Shown here in pieces: positions 27,395 through 38,776 of a stretch of DNA of 64,000 nt. Within the stretch, counting starts at the first letter, position 1; each line of letters starts with the position of its first letter. Source of the stretch: an uncultured delta proteobacterium (GTDB lineage: Bacteria > Desulfobacterota > Syntrophia > Syntrophales > UBA2185); assembly GCA_963729715.1 (NCBI GenBank), contig CAVSPA010000005.1, forward strand, positions 224,001-288,000. The letters run 5' to 3'. The notes beneath the pieces were generated by a model. That model saw nothing but the letters and a program-made list of their open reading frames with translations. It searched no databases and was not told the origin of the DNA. The position numbers and the translations under genes were made by a program.

Positions 27395-28825
27395 ATGACA
27401 AAACAAAAACTTGATGACCACAGAATGACATTATTGAGGGGCCTCCCCAAGATCGACGAGATAATACTCTCTCTCGAAAAAAAGGAGACACTTGCAGGAA
27501 CCCCGAAGTATGTCGTGAAGTCTATCTGCCGATCTGTCGTGGAAGAACTGAGGCAGGAGATCCTGAATACAAAGAAGGATGCAAAGGGAATGCGCCTGCC
27601 CACGGCGGGAGAGGTCAAAGATAAAGTCATGCAAATCATAGATGGGCTTCATCAGTACAGACTTCGCAAAGTAATAAATGCAACAGGCGTAATTTTGCAC
27701 ACCAACCTCGGCAGAGCGCCCTTGTGCGCCGATGCGCTGCAGAGACTCATGGAAATAGCCGGAGGATATTCGAATCTCGAATATGACCTTGCGAAGGGGG
27801 AGAGAGGCCTCCGTTATGACCATGTGCAGAAGATCCTCTGCGAGCTATCCGGTGCGGAAGATGCTTTAGTCGTCAATAACAATGCCGCTGCCGTTCTCCT
27901 TGCCCTCAACACCCTTGCGGAGGGGAAGCATGTTATTGTGTCGAGGGGAGAACTTGTGGAAATCGGAGGTGAATTCCGCATCCCGGATGTCATGGAAAAA
28001 AGCGGGGCATGTCTTTATGAAGTGGGAACGACCAACCGGACCCGCCTTAAGGACTATGAAAAAGCCATCGGCCCGGAAACGGCGCTCATCCTGAAGGTCC
28101 ACACGAGTAATTTCAGGATTATCGGCTTTACGGAAGATACGGATCTCGCCACACTCGTCGCCCTCGGAAAAAACTGCGGCATACCTGTGATATATGATCT
28201 CGGCAGCGGTTGTTTCGCAGAGCTGGACCGCTACGGCCTGGAGAGAGAACCCACGGTCCGCGATGTGCTGACAACGGGCGTCGGCGTCGTCACCTTCAGC
28301 GGCGACAAACTTTTAGGAGGCCCCCAGGCGGGCGTCATTCTCGGACAGAAAGACATTCTTGAGAAGATCAAGAAGAATCCCCTCAATAGGGCGCTTCGCA
28401 TCGACAAGTTGACCCTGGCCGCTTTAGAGGCGACATTGATGCAGTATCTGCAGCCCGAAATTGCCGTAAAGCGTCTCCGGGTTCTTATGGCATTGACGGA
28501 AGAACTCGCGGATGTCACCAAGCGATCCAGGAAACTTCTCTCCATGTTGAGAAAAGAACATTTTGCAGGACTCACCATCTCCGTGAAAAAAGGATTTTCC
28601 ATGTCAGGAGGAGGTTCCCTTCCCGCCCAAGAGATTCCCACAATGCTCCTCAGTATCGTTTCTACGCACATGTCGCCAAGCAGCCTTGAGGAACGTTTAA
28701 GGAGACTCGATGTTCCGATAATAGCGCGCATTGCAGAAGACGAGGTTCTCTTTGACATGAGAACCATACAGGAGGAAGAATTCCTATATCTAAGGGACGG
28801 GCTGAAAAAAATCACCTCATCATGA
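27395..28825 (+). CDS. selA: L-seryl-tRNA(Sec) selenium transferase
   Basis: INATGVILHTNLGRAP, VNNNAAA, SRGELVEIGG and FSGDKLLGGPQAG motifs. Confidence 0.96.
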   Translation: MTKQKLDDHRMTLLRGLPKIDEIILSLEKKETLAGTPKYVVKSICRSVVEELRQEILNTKKDAKGMRLPTAGEVKDKVMQIIDGLHQYRLRKVINATGVILHTNLGRAPLCADALQRLMEIAGGYSNLEYDLAKGERGLRYDHVQKILCELSGAEDALVVNNNAAAVLLALNTLAEGKHVIVSRGELVEIGGEFRIPDVMEKSGACLYEVGTTNRTRLKDYEKAIGPETALILKVHTSNFRIIGFTEDTDLATLVALGKNCGIPVIYDLGSGCFAELDRYGLEREPTVRDVLTTGVGVVTFSGDKLLGGPQAGVILGQKDILEKIKKNPLNRALRIDKLTLAALEATLMQYLQPEIAVKRLRVLMALTEELADVTKRSRKLLSMLRKEHFAGLTISVKKGFSMSGGGSLPAQEIPTMLLSIVSTHMSPSSLEERLRRLDVPIIARIAEDEVLFDMRTIQEEEFLYLRDGLKKITSS

Positions 28826-29811
28826 AAGATGAACCGATGGATTCTCAGGAACAAAAAAGCGATGAATTCATCGTTGCTTCTCATGAAGCGGGGTTGAGGC
28901 TTGACATCTATCTCTCCCTTAAGGATTTGGGTTTATCCCGCTCACAAGTGAAGAAGTCCGTAGATGACGGACTTGTCCGGGTGAACAGATTCCACAGCAA
29001 GGTGAGTTATAGGTTGCGGCCCGGAGATATTGTGGAGATCGATAAACGGGAACCAGTAGCCTGCCGTGCTTTACCGCAAGACCTTCCCCTGTCCATCGTT
29101 TACGAAGATCAGCATATCCTGGTGATTGACAAACCGGCAGGCATGGTTGTCCATCCGGCGGCAGGCTACTTTCAGGATACAATTGTGAATGCCGTCCTTC
29201 ACCATTGCCGGAACCTTTCCGGCATCGGCGGCGTCTTGCGACCGGGGATCGTCCATCGCCTCGACAAAGGAACTTCGGGATTGCTGATTGTGGCCAAATC
29301 TGATGAGGCGCACCAAGGTCTGGCCGGTCAGTTCAAGCGGCACGAAGTTGAAAAAACTTACATAGCCCTCGTCTACGGTAATCCCAAGGAAGATGAAGGC
29401 GCGATAGACTTGCCTGTGGGGAGGCATCCGGTTGATCGGAAGAAGATGTCTACGAGAAGCCGACACAGCAAAGAGGCGCTTACGACCTGGAAGGTGCATG
29501 AACGGTTCGGTGTCGCGACAATGTTGGATGTGAATATCATGACCGGAAGAACGCACCAGATCAGGGTTCACCTCTCCGCGCTCGGTCTTCCTGTGATAGG
29601 CGACAGCGTATACGGCAACCACAGGCGGGCCGACGCCGTTCACGACACCTTTGTGAGATCAAAGCTGAAAACAATGAAACGGCAGGCCCTCCATGCGGCA
29701 AAGATCGGGTTTGTCCATCCCGTTACCCGTGAGGATATGATGTTTTCATCTCCCCTGCCTGATGACATGGCGGCCCTCACGGATTTTCTCAGGAGACATT
29801 TGCAGGTATAA
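28822..29811 (+). CDS. rluD: 23S rRNA pseudouridine synthase RluD family
   Basis: S4 domain; KPAGMVVHP, RPGIVHRLDKGTSG and TGRTHQIRVH motifs; ATGA overlap with selA. Confidence 0.92.
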   Translation: MKDEPMDSQEQKSDEFIVASHEAGLRLDIYLSLKDLGLSRSQVKKSVDDGLVRVNRFHSKVSYRLRPGDIVEIDKREPVACRALPQDLPLSIVYEDQHILVIDKPAGMVVHPAAGYFQDTIVNAVLHHCRNLSGIGGVLRPGIVHRLDKGTSGLLIVAKSDEAHQGLAGQFKRHEVEKTYIALVYGNPKEDEGAIDLPVGRHPVDRKKMSTRSRHSKEALTTWKVHERFGVATMLDVNIMTGRTHQIRVHLSALGLPVIGDSVYGNHRRADAVHDTFVRSKLKTMKRQALHAAKIGFVHPVTREDMMFSSPLPDDMAALTDFLRRHLQV

Positions 29812-29814
29812 TCA

Positions 29815-30528
29815 ATGCATCTTAGGAGTATTACCATCAATCAGTCAAAATATCCTACCTACGACTATTACCCTTTCAATCTGCCCGTCTTTCAGAAGAC
29901 AAAGCGCATAACCTTAAATGCTCCCGTCACGTTTTTTGCGGGTGAAAACGGATCGGGAAAATCAACCTTGTTACAGGCGCTCTCCCGTTCATGCGGCATT
30001 CACATATGGCAAGAGACAGAAAGAACCAGCTATAATAATAATCCATATCAGAATAGATTCTGCGACAGCCTGACAATTGAATGGTCAAACGGCAAGGTGC
30101 CGGGCTCCTTCTTCGGTTCCGACATCTTTCATCACTTTACCGAAATCCTCGACGAATGGGCAGCGGCGGATCCCAGCCAGCTTGAGTATTTCGGCGGCAA
30201 ATCCCTGATCACCCAGTCTCACGGCGAGTCCCTCATGTCGTTTTTCAGGTCACGTTATCAAATCAAAGGCCTCTATCTGTTGGACGAGCCGGAGACGGCG
30301 CTCTCTCCCCGCAGTCAGCTCGTACTCCTTGAATTATTGACGCAGACGAGCGCCATGGATCATGCCCAATTCATTATTGCCACCCATTCCCCGATACTGC
30401 TTGCGTGTCCTCACGCTTTGATATACAGTTTTGATCACAGTCCTGCAAGACAAGTACTGTATGAAGAAACGGAGCACTATAAGATTTACCGTGCATTTCT
30501 CGAAAATAGGACCAATTACTTGAAGTAG
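29815..30528 (+). CDS. Predicted ABC/AAA-type ATPase (COG3910-like)
   Basis: GENGSGKST, QSHGES, LLDEPETALSP and IATHSP motifs. Confidence 0.85.
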   Translation: MHLRSITINQSKYPTYDYYPFNLPVFQKTKRITLNAPVTFFAGENGSGKSTLLQALSRSCGIHIWQETERTSYNNNPYQNRFCDSLTIEWSNGKVPGSFFGSDIFHHFTEILDEWAAADPSQLEYFGGKSLITQSHGESLMSFFRSRYQIKGLYLLDEPETALSPRSQLVLLELLTQTSAMDHAQFIIATHSPILLACPHALIYSFDHSPARQVLYEETEHYKIYRAFLENRTNYLK

Positions 30529-30574
30529 CCGGCCGAAAATATCATCATGTAATCCTCATCGGAAGAGTGCAAAC

Positions 30575-31294
30575 ATGAAAGATCAAGAAAAGACAAAAGA
30601 AGCGCTGATAAGAGAGAATAATGATTTGCGTGACCGCATCGCGGAACTGGAAAAATCGGACGCCGAGCGCGCGCAGGCAGAGGAGGCCCTCTCCAAGAGT
30701 CTGGAAAATTTGAAAAAGGCAACAGGCTTTATCATTGATGTCATAGTCATGGTTGTGGAAACACGGGACCCATATATGTCCGGACATCAGAAAAGGGTTG
30801 CCGACCTTGCCCGCTCTATTGCCGCGGAAATGAATTTATCGGAGGAGATCATTGACGGCATCGGTATGGCCGGCTTAATCCACGATGTGGGAAAGATATC
30901 CATACCGGCGGAAATCCTCGGACAACCCCGTCAACTCACTGACGTCGAATATAGTCTTGTGAAAACTCACCCTGAGATCGCCTATAAAATATTAAAGGAG
31001 ATAAATTTTTACAGGCCTGTTGCCCTGATCGTCTATCAGCATCATGAACGGATAAACGGCACCGGCTACCCGCAAGGCATCAAGGGAGAAGATATCCTTC
31101 CAGAGGCGAAGATCCTGGGAGTGGCCGATGTTGTCGAAGCTATATGCAGGCACCGGCCTTACAGGGCTGCATCGGGGATAGATAAGGCTTTGAAGGAAAT
31201 CTCCCAATACAGCGGTGTTCTCTATGACCCGGAAGTGGTTGAGGCCTGCACAAAGCTCTTCAGCGAAAAAGGGTTCAGATTTAAATCCCGTTAG
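30575..31294 (+). CDS. HD-GYP domain c-di-GMP phosphodiesterase with an N-terminal coiled coil
   Basis: RDPYMSGHQ, HDVGKI, HHERINGTGYP and HRPYR motifs. Confidence 0.9.
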   Translation: MKDQEKTKEALIRENNDLRDRIAELEKSDAERAQAEEALSKSLENLKKATGFIIDVIVMVVETRDPYMSGHQKRVADLARSIAAEMNLSEEIIDGIGMAGLIHDVGKISIPAEILGQPRQLTDVEYSLVKTHPEIAYKILKEINFYRPVALIVYQHHERINGTGYPQGIKGEDILPEAKILGVADVVEAICRHRPYRAASGIDKALKEISQYSGVLYDPEVVEACTKLFSEKGFRFKSR

Positions 31295-31374
31295 AATTGA
31301 TAGATAGACGGATTAAAGGACGCGGCAAAGATGTTGCCTTTGCCGCGAAACTCACCATTGCAACCAATAAGCTA

Positions 31375-32178
31375 ATGTTTATTTTTTCAAAAAAAGGCCC
31401 CGTAGAGTATTTGGAAGCTGCGGCGCTCACGGCTTGCAATTTCGTGACCCATGCCTTTTGCACCCGGCGCGGAGGCGTCAGCGAGGGCAATTTTGTCAGC
31501 CTCAATTTCAGTCCGAAAGAGGGAGACAGCAAGGAGAACGTCCGCAGCAACTGGAATATTCTTGCCCACGCATTCAATCTCGAGGTGACGCAGTTTTTTG
31601 TAGTCAATCAGGTCCACGGGGAGAACATTCTCACTATTGATCGTCCTCTTGCGGACTTCATCGTTCCGGAACCGCCTCAATTCGATGCCATCATGACGGA
31701 TCAGCCGGGAGTTGCCATCGGCATAAAGACGGCGGATTGTGTGCCTGTTTTCTTTGTGGACAGGGTCAAGCGAATTATTGGAGTCGCCCATGCAGGTTGG
31801 CGGGGAACCGCTCTTGCTATTGCCGCAAAGTTAGTGGACGCGCTGATTGCAGGATTCGGCTGCCGTACAGAAGACCTTATCGCTGCAGTTGGTCCTGCTA
31901 TCGGACCATGCTGCTATCAGGTGGATAAGCCGGTTTTTGACGCCATGAAAACACACAAAGGCCGGGAGCCTTTCCTGTCCCCCGGCGGGGAGCGGGAAAA
32001 ATGGATGCTTGACCTTTCCCTTGCCAACAGGCTGCAGATAATCGGCAGGGGCATCCCCGAGAGAAATATCTCGATCGCAAACTACTGCACTTCCTGCCAC
32101 AGACATATGTTCTACTCCCACAGAGGCGAGGGAGGAAATACGGGCAGACAGCTCAACTTCATCATGCTCACACCTTAG
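31375..32178 (+). CDS. pgeF: Peptidoglycan editing factor / purine nucleoside phosphorylase (YfiH/PgeF)
   Basis: QVHG, TADCVPV, HAGWRG, GPCCY and YSHR motifs; probable start 31375. Confidence 0.9.
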   Translation: MFIFSKKGPVEYLEAAALTACNFVTHAFCTRRGGVSEGNFVSLNFSPKEGDSKENVRSNWNILAHAFNLEVTQFFVVNQVHGENILTIDRPLADFIVPEPPQFDAIMTDQPGVAIGIKTADCVPVFFVDRVKRIIGVAHAGWRGTALAIAAKLVDALIAGFGCRTEDLIAAVGPAIGPCCYQVDKPVFDAMKTHKGREPFLSPGGEREKWMLDLSLANRLQIIGRGIPERNISIANYCTSCHRHMFYSHRGEGGNTGRQLNFIMLTP

Positions 32179-32239
32179 AAAGAAGTGTTCAAAGGCCTTT
32201 CCGCTTTGGTATATAAAAAACATGGCGTTTAAAAAGTGC

Positions 32240-32268
32240 TTGACATGGAGGAGCGGGTGATATAAATT
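32240..32268 (+). promoter_or_regulatory. Putative sigma70 promoter of rho
   Basis: TTGACA (32240-32245), 17 bp, TAAATT (32263-32268). Confidence 0.5.
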
Positions 32269-32491
32269 GTAGAAAAATTGTAGAAAGGCTGAAATAAAGT
32301 CCTTCCTTTTGGATTGTCTCAAGAACCCAATTTAACAACTCATTACTAATCCAAGTTATTCTTTATATACTTCGCTGTATGTTAAGTCTGCCATATCTTT
32401 TGTTAATAAGTGTGGTTTGAACTGGGAGTCGGGAAACTTGGTTGTTATTTTTCAAGACTAATAAATAGAGGTGCGAGCAAGAGAATTAATT

Positions 32492-33739
32492 ATGAATATA
32501 GAAGAAATTAAAAGATTGCCCATCAGTGAGCTTACGAGCATGGCAAAGGATTTGAGTGTCGCAGGCGCGGGCGGTATGAGAAGACAGGATCTGATCTTTG
32601 CGATATTGCAGACTCAAGCCGAAAAGAACGAGAGTATAACGGGGTCTGGAGTTCTGGAGATCCTTCCTGACAGCTTTGGGTTCCTCAGGGCCGTAGATTA
32701 CAATTATCTCCCGAGCCCTGATGACATCTACATCTCGCCGTCGCAAATCCGGAGGTTCAGCCTCAGGACTGGTGACACGGTATCAGGCGAGGTCAGACCG
32801 CCTAAGGATGGTGAAAAATATTTCGCCCTCCTCAAGGTAGATGAGGTAAATTTTGAAAGTCCCGAAGCTGCCAGAGACAAGATACTCTTTGACAATCTCA
32901 CGCCACTCTACCCGGAGCAGAAGGTGAACCTTGAAGCAGATCCGGAAAATTTTTCGACAAGGATCATGGATCTTTTCACCCCCATCGGAAAAGGCCAGAG
33001 AGGGCTAATTGTTTCACCGCCGCGGGCAGGAAAGACCGTGCTCCTCAAAGATATCGCCCACAGCATTTCCACAAACCACGAAGAAGTCATTCTGATGGTT
33101 CTTTTAATTGATGAGCGACCGGAGGAAGTCACGGACATGCAGCGCAGTGTAAACGGAGAAGTGATATCGTCAACATTTGACGAACCGGCCACACGGCACG
33201 TCCAGGTTGCAGAGATGGTCATTGAAAAAGCAAAGCGTCTCGTCGAACATAAGAAGGATGTGGTGATCCTTCTTGACAGCATCACCAGGCTCGCCAGGGC
33301 TTATAACACCGTCGTTCCGCCAAGCGGCAAGGTCCTATCAGGCGGTGTTGATTCCAACGCCCTGCATAAGCCGAAACGATTCTTCGGCGCAGCCAGGAAT
33401 ATAGAAAACGGCGGCAGTCTGACCATCATCTCCACGGCGTTGATCGATACGGGCAGCAGGATGGATGAAGTAATTTTTGAAGAATTCAAGGGCACGGGCA
33501 ATATGGAACTTCACCTGGACCGCAGGATTGCGGACAGGAGAGTGTTCCCCGCCTTTGACCTCATTCGCTCCGGCACGAGAAAAGAGGAACTCCTGATACC
33601 CAAGACCAACCTTAACAAGATATGGATTTTGAGAAGGCTTCTGCAGGAAATGAACCCTGTAGAGGCAATGGAATTTATCGTCGACAAGATACGCAAGACG
33701 GAAACCAACCAGGCCTTTTTAAATTCCATGAATCAGTAA
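32492..33739 (+). CDS. rho: Transcription termination factor Rho
   Basis: [44 protein letters not shown] and [10 protein letters not shown] motifs. Confidence 0.97.
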   Translation: MNIEEIKRLPISELTSMAKDLSVAGAGGMRRQDLIFAILQTQAEKNESITGSGVLEILPDSFGFLRAVDYNYLPSPDDIYISPSQIRRFSLRTGDTVSGEVRPPKDGEKYFALLKVDEVNFESPEAARDKILFDNLTPLYPEQKVNLEADPENFSTRIMDLFTPIGKGQRGLIVSPPRAGKTVLLKDIAHSISTNHEEVILMVLLIDERPEEVTDMQRSVNGEVISSTFDEPATRHVQVAEMVIEKAKRLVEHKKDVVILLDSITRLARAYNTVVPPSGKVLSGGVDSNALHKPKRFFGAARNIENGGSLTIISTALIDTGSRMDEVIFEEFKGTGNMELHLDRRIADRRVFPAFDLIRSGTRKEELLIPKTNLNKIWILRRLLQEMNPVEAMEFIVDKIRKTETNQAFLNSMNQ

Positions 33740-33808
33740 AAACCATTGATTTTAGCGGGCGTGAATTCGCGCCTGTCAGTATGTTGCAGAGGAGGATAAT
33801 AGCAAACA

Positions 33809-34039
33809 ATGAAGGAAGGTATTCACCCGGAATATGCGAAGACGACAATCACTTGTGCGTGCGGCAACGTGATTGAAACACAGTCCACCAGGAAGGACAT
33901 CAGAGTTGAAATATGTTCTCAGTGCCATCCCTTTATGACGGGCAAACAAAAGCTTATGGATACGGCCGGTCGGGTGGAACGATTCAAGAAGAAATATGCC
34001 GCTAACGAAGAAAAAAAGAAGGGCAGCAAAACCGCCTGA
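33809..34039 (+). CDS. rpmE: 50S ribosomal protein L31 (Zn-binding type)
   Basis: [26 protein letters not shown]. Confidence 0.96.
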   Translation: MKEGIHPEYAKTTITCACGNVIETQSTRKDIRVEICSQCHPFMTGKQKLMDTAGRVERFKKKYAANEEKKKGSKTA

Positions 34040-34250
34040 ATCTAAACTATTGTTTTATTGAGGATAAAAATTGCAGAGGAATGTATTCCGCGTAATCACC
34101 TTTGCCCCCGATGGGACATTTCCGCTGACCAGTCCATTGTTTCCCGCCTGTCTCATGGCAGGGCGACTCCTGTGTTGTCCATCGTATCAGCTTCGATCGT
34201 AAAAATCTGATCCAATTATTCCATCCTATAACATGATGTAAGATAAGATT

Positions 34251-35321
34251 ATGTTCAAACGACTGAAAGATATTGAAACAAGATATAAAGACCTCGAAGG
34301 GTTGTTGAGTGATCCCGATGTGGTCAGCAAACAAAGCATCTACCAGAAATACGCCAAGGAGCATGCCGATCTTCGAGACCTCGTAGAAGCATACAAGGAA
34401 TATGAAAAAACGAAGACCCGCATCGAAGAAGACCAAACTATCTTTCGTGGAAATGACGATGAGTTAAAAGAAATAGTCAAGGAAGAACTGCCGCAACTCA
34501 AGGAACGCTTGGAGCTTCTGGAGAATAAACTGAAACTCCTCCTCCTTCCCAAAGACCCGAACGATGATAAGAACGTGCTTCTCGAAATCAGGGCCGGCAC
34601 AGGCGGTGATGAGGCGGGGCTCTTCGTGGGAGATCTTTTCCGCATGTACGCCCAGTTTGCAGAAATGCACAGATGGAAGGTGGATGTTATAAGCAGCAGT
34701 CCGGCGGGCGGCATGGGTGGATTTAAGGAAATCATCGCCCTTATAGAAGGTCAGGGTGCATACAGCGTCTTGAAATACGAAAGCGGTGTACATCGTGTGC
34801 AGCGGGTTCCCGTTACAGAATCCCAGGGACGGATTCACACCTCTGCGGTTACTGTGGCTATTCTTCCCGAGGCCGAAGACGTGGAGGTCAACATCGATCC
34901 CAATGATTTGAGGATTGACGTCTATCGCTCCACCGGCCACGGAGGGCAGAGTGTCAATACGACGGATTCCGCCGTCAGGATCACCTATTTGCCCACGGGC
35001 CTTGTCGTCACCTGCCAGGATGAGAAATCCCAGCACAAGAATAAGACGAAAGCCTTAAAGGTACTGAGAGCCAGGCTTCTCGATAGCATGGTGCAGAAGC
35101 AGAATGCCGAAATTTCTGAATCACGAAAGACCCAGGTGGGAAGCGGCGATCGCAGCGAACGGATCAGGACATATAATTTCCCCCAGGGCAGGGTTACGGA
35201 TCACCGCATCGGCCTCACTCTCCACAACCTGGAGTCGCTTCTCAACGGCAACATTCAGCCGATCATTGACGCCCTGGCGACACATTTTCAATCCAAGGCC
35301 CTGCAAGACTCCATTAGATAA
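34251..35321 (+). CDS. prfA: Peptide chain release factor 1
   Basis: [17 protein letters not shown] (PVT), GGQ and RTYNFPQGR motifs. Confidence 0.97.
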   Translation: MFKRLKDIETRYKDLEGLLSDPDVVSKQSIYQKYAKEHADLRDLVEAYKEYEKTKTRIEEDQTIFRGNDDELKEIVKEELPQLKERLELLENKLKLLLLPKDPNDDKNVLLEIRAGTGGDEAGLFVGDLFRMYAQFAEMHRWKVDVISSSPAGGMGGFKEIIALIEGQGAYSVLKYESGVHRVQRVPVTESQGRIHTSAVTVAILPEAEDVEVNIDPNDLRIDVYRSTGHGGQSVNTTDSAVRITYLPTGLVVTCQDEKSQHKNKTKALKVLRARLLDSMVQKQNAEISESRKTQVGSGDRSERIRTYNFPQGRVTDHRIGLTLHNLESLLNGNIQPIIDALATHFQSKALQDSIR

Positions 35322-35366
35322 TCCTGCCTCATGATGTTTGTGGATGGCCTTAACGTAATCAGCGAC

Positions 35367-36230
35367 ATGAATATTTTGAATGCAATCACCGAAGCGATCC
35401 ATTTCCTTAAGAGTTGCGGTTGTGCGACTCCCAGGCTCGACGCAGAGGTGCTCCTGTCCGCTTGCTTGAAGAAGGATCGCACGTGTTTTCATATCGATCG
35501 TGAAAAATCATTAACAGAAAACGAACTTGAAGAATTTCAGCGATGCATCGAACGGCGAAGGGTTGGAGAGCCGGTTGCCTATATTGTGGGGAAGAAGGAA
35601 TTCTGGTCGCTTCCATTCGAAGTCAACAAGCATGTCCTCATACCCCGGCCGGAAACAGAAATTATCGTTGAAGAGGTGCTGAAGGTTTGTTCATCCCTGA
35701 AAACAAGAGAATTAAGAATCCTGGAGATCGGCACGGGCAGCGGGGCAATCAGTGTTTCGCTCGCGCACGAGTTAAAGAACGCGCAAATCATAGCCACGGA
35801 CATTTCACAGGATGCAATTAATGTAGCTTCTCGGAATGCGCAAATTAATAATGTCGCAAGTCAAATTTCTTTTCTATCAGGAAATTTATTTGAGCCTGTG
35901 TCAGGAAAATTTGATATCATTGTCTCCAATCCGCCTTACATATCAAGAGAAGAATATGGCTGCCTGCCCTCAGGGGTTCGGGATTTTGAACCGGAGACGG
36001 CGCTGCTTGCGGGCGCTGACGGAACTCTCTTTCACAGGGAGATCATCAAGGCAGCCGGCATCTATCTAAAAGCGGGGGGCTGGACTTTCATGGAAATAGG
36101 GGCTGGACAAAAAGAGATGGTTGAATTTATGTTGAATGAATACGGCCTTTATGACAATATCGCTTTCAGAAACGACTATGCAGGCATAGAACGTGTTGCT
36201 ATCGCAAGGAGAGTAACGACCGGTGGATAA
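35367..36230 (+). CDS. prmC: Release factor glutamine methyltransferase
   Basis: [22 protein letters not shown] and SNPPY motifs; start uncertain (35331-35367). Confidence 0.93.
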   Translation: MNILNAITEAIHFLKSCGCATPRLDAEVLLSACLKKDRTCFHIDREKSLTENELEEFQRCIERRRVGEPVAYIVGKKEFWSLPFEVNKHVLIPRPETEIIVEEVLKVCSSLKTRELRILEIGTGSGAISVSLAHELKNAQIIATDISQDAINVASRNAQINNVASQISFLSGNLFEPVSGKFDIIVSNPPYISREEYGCLPSGVRDFEPETALLAGADGTLFHREIIKAAGIYLKAGGWTFMEIGAGQKEMVEFMLNEYGLYDNIAFRNDYAGIERVAIARRVTTGG

Positions 36231-37473
36231 GATTATTATAGTTGGCGGCGACAAACTCCGCGGCGATGTCCAAATCAGTGGGGCCAAGAACGCATCTCTG
36301 CCCGTGATGGTTTCCGCGCTTCTCGCGCCGGGCTGGAGCACATTTCTCAACGTTCCCAATCTTGTTGACATCAAAACGATCAAGAAACTTCTCAGAAATT
36401 TAGGCGCCAAGATTGAGGGAGAAGGGACTGTAAGGATCAATACGGAAGACATCAGCAATTGTGAGGCCCCGTATGATCTCGTCAAGACCATGAGGGCATC
36501 CGTCCTCGTCCTGGGGCCGCTCGTAGCAAGAATGGGTGTGGCAAGGGTCTCTCTTCCGGGAGGATGCGCCATAGGAGCAAGGCCGGTCAATCTTCATATA
36601 AAGGCCCTTCAGGATTTAGGTGCAGAAGTGGAGCTGAAAGACGGCTACGTGGAGGCGAAGGCGCGGAGATTGAAGGGCGCCACTATTTACTTTGACATTC
36701 CTACTGTAACGGGAACGGAAAATATCATGATGGCCGCCTGCCTTGCTGACGGTACTACTCTTCTGAAAAATGCTGCGAGGGAACCCGAGGTCGTCAACCT
36801 GGCTGATGTCTTGAACGGCATGGGGGCGAAGGTCACCGGCGCCGGCACGGATATAATCAGGATAGACGGTGTCGAGAAAATGCACCCTGTCGAAGCCGCC
36901 GTTATTCCCGACCGAATCGAAGCAGGCACTTTCATGATTGCCGTGGGCATGGCGGGCGGTGATGTCAGAATAATGGGATGCGAACCTGTTCACGTCGAAG
37001 CGCTGGCTATGAAGCTGAGAGACGCCGGAATGGAGATCACCCCCTTCGATGGCGGCATCAGGGCCTCTTCGAAGAAAAAGATTAAAAGCGTCGACATAAC
37101 AACGCTCCCCTACCCGGGATTTCCCACGGACCTGCAGGCCCAAATGATGGCTCTGATGTCGGTGGCCAACGGACTCTCCGTCATTACGGAGACAGTCTTT
37201 GAAAACAGATTTATGCACGTGAGTGAATTGATGAGAATGGGAGCAGATATATTGATTCATGGAAACAGCGCCATGGTAAAGGGAACACCAAAACTCAAGG
37301 GGGCACCGGTCATGGCCACGGACCTCCGCGCCTCCGCTTCTCTGATCCTCGCGGGATTGGCGGCGGAAGGAAAGACGGAGCTCTCCCGGGTTTATCACAT
37401 AGACAGGGGATACCAGGAAATCGAAAAGAAATTTTCCGCCATTGGCGCCAATATAAAAAGGGTCTCAGGCTAA
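36223..37473 (+). CDS. murA: UDP-N-acetylglucosamine 1-carboxyvinyltransferase
   Basis: [28 protein letters not shown] and HIDRGY motifs. Confidence 0.97.
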   Translation: MDKIIIVGGDKLRGDVQISGAKNASLPVMVSALLAPGWSTFLNVPNLVDIKTIKKLLRNLGAKIEGEGTVRINTEDISNCEAPYDLVKTMRASVLVLGPLVARMGVARVSLPGGCAIGARPVNLHIKALQDLGAEVELKDGYVEAKARRLKGATIYFDIPTVTGTENIMMAACLADGTTLLKNAAREPEVVNLADVLNGMGAKVTGAGTDIIRIDGVEKMHPVEAAVIPDRIEAGTFMIAVGMAGGDVRIMGCEPVHVEALAMKLRDAGMEITPFDGGIRASSKKKIKSVDITTLPYPGFPTDLQAQMMALMSVANGLSVITETVFENRFMHVSELMRMGADILIHGNSAMVKGTPKLKGAPVMATDLRASASLILAGLAAEGKTELSRVYHIDRGYQEIEKKFSAIGANIKRVSG

Positions 37474-37474
37474 G

Positions 37475-38776
37475 ATGAGAATTATCCGCACCGACCAGGC
37501 CGGCTTCGAGAAAATATTCCAGAAGATTAAGAACCGCGGCGGGTTCAGTGAGAACATCTGGGAACAGGTGAAGACCATTGTGGAAGACGTCCGCAAGAGA
37601 AAGGACAAGGCCCTTTTTGCATATACGAAGAAGTTTGATAAGTGGATTCCCACTGCGAATACCATAGAAGTAACTCCCGCAGAAATAAAGAAAGCCGTAG
37701 CTGCGGTAAAAGCGGAAGAACTGGCGATCCTCAAGCTTTCCGCGAAGCGTGTGGAAAGATTCCATCGCAGACAGATAATTAAAAGCTGGTCTGTTTCTGA
37801 TGAAGCGGGTATTGAACTTGGACAGCACATATCGCCCCTGGAGCGCGTCGGCATCTATGCCCCCGGAGGTCTTGCCTCGTATCCCTCTACCGTAATAATG
37901 GCGGCTGTTCCGGCAAAGATCGCGGGCGTTCCGGAAATCATCCTCGTCACACCTGCAAAAGGCGGAAACGTGAATCCCTTGATAATTGCCGCGGCAAAAC
38001 TGAGCGGCGTCACGCGTATATTCAAGGTAGGAGGCGCCCAGGCCATAGCCGCTCTCGCAAACGGCACGGACCTGATACCGAGAGTGGATAAGATCGTCGG
38101 GCCCGGTAACGCCTACGTCACGACAGCCAAGATGGTGGTTTACCAGTGGTGCTGGTGCGGCATCGACATGGCCGCCGGCCCCAGCGAGATTCTCATCATA
38201 GCGGACACGACGGCAGATGCCTCTTATATGGCTGCTGATCTTCTTGCGCAGGCGGAGCACGATGAAATGGCAAGCGCCATTCTTCTCACCCCGTATGAAG
38301 TCTTGGCCAGGAAAGTTGCCGTTGAAGTTACTCTGCAGTTAAATGGCCTGAAAAGAAAGGCGATTGCCTCACGCGCGCTCGCAGATTTCGGCGCCATCAT
38401 TGTGACCAAAGATATTCACGAGGCGACAAGCATCGCCAACCGGTTCGCGCCCGAACATCTCGAATTGATGGTCAGGAACCCGAAGAGAATATTGGCCGAG
38501 ATCAAACACGCCGGCGCCATTTTTCTCGGGCACAATACGCCGGAGAGCCTTGGGGATTATATGGCCGGGCCCAATCACATCCTTCCCACAAGGGGAACGG
38601 CAAGATTTTCATCTCCCTTGGGAGTATACGATTTTGTGAAGCGAAGCAGTGTTCTTTTCTTCTCAAGAGAGTCCCTGCAAAAATACGGAAAGCGGGCGGC
38701 AAGATTTGCTGACATGGAAGGTTTTGAGGCGCACGGAAAGTCAATTACCGTAAGGATGCGGCCAAAAAAGCCTTGA
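37475..38776 (+). CDS. hisD: Histidinol dehydrogenase
   Basis: GGAQAIAALA, GPGN, AGPSE, QAEHD, APEHL and GDYMAGPNH motifs. Confidence 0.95.
   Translation: MRIIRTDQAGFEKIFQKIKNRGGFSENIWEQVKTIVEDVRKRKDKALFAYTKKFDKWIPTANTIEVTPAEIKKAVAAVKAEELAILKLSAKRVERFHRRQIIKSWSVSDEAGIELGQHISPLERVGIYAPGGLASYPSTVIMAAVPAKIAGVPEIILVTPAKGGNVNPLIIAAAKLSGVTRIFKVGGAQAIAALANGTDLIPRVDKIVGPGNAYVTTAKMVVYQWCWCGIDMAAGPSEILIIADTTADASYMAADLLAQAEHDEMASAILLTPYEVLARKVAVEVTLQLNGLKRKAIASRALADFGAIIVTKDIHEATSIANRFAPEHLELMVRNPKRILAEIKHAGAIFLGHNTPESLGDYMAGPNHILPTRGTARFSSPLGVYDFVKRSSVLFFSRESLQKYGKRAARFADMEGFEAHGKSITVRMRPKKP

Noticed and set aside
29815..30528. ATPase as part of an anti-phage defence system
   Set aside because: Stand-alone gene among housekeeping genes, with no nuclease or effector partner.
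36616..38260. Long antisense ORFs (260 and 316 aa) opposite murA/hisD, and similar shadow ORFs elsewhere
   Set aside because: They lie antisense to well-conserved genes, show no motifs, and are expected from codon bias.
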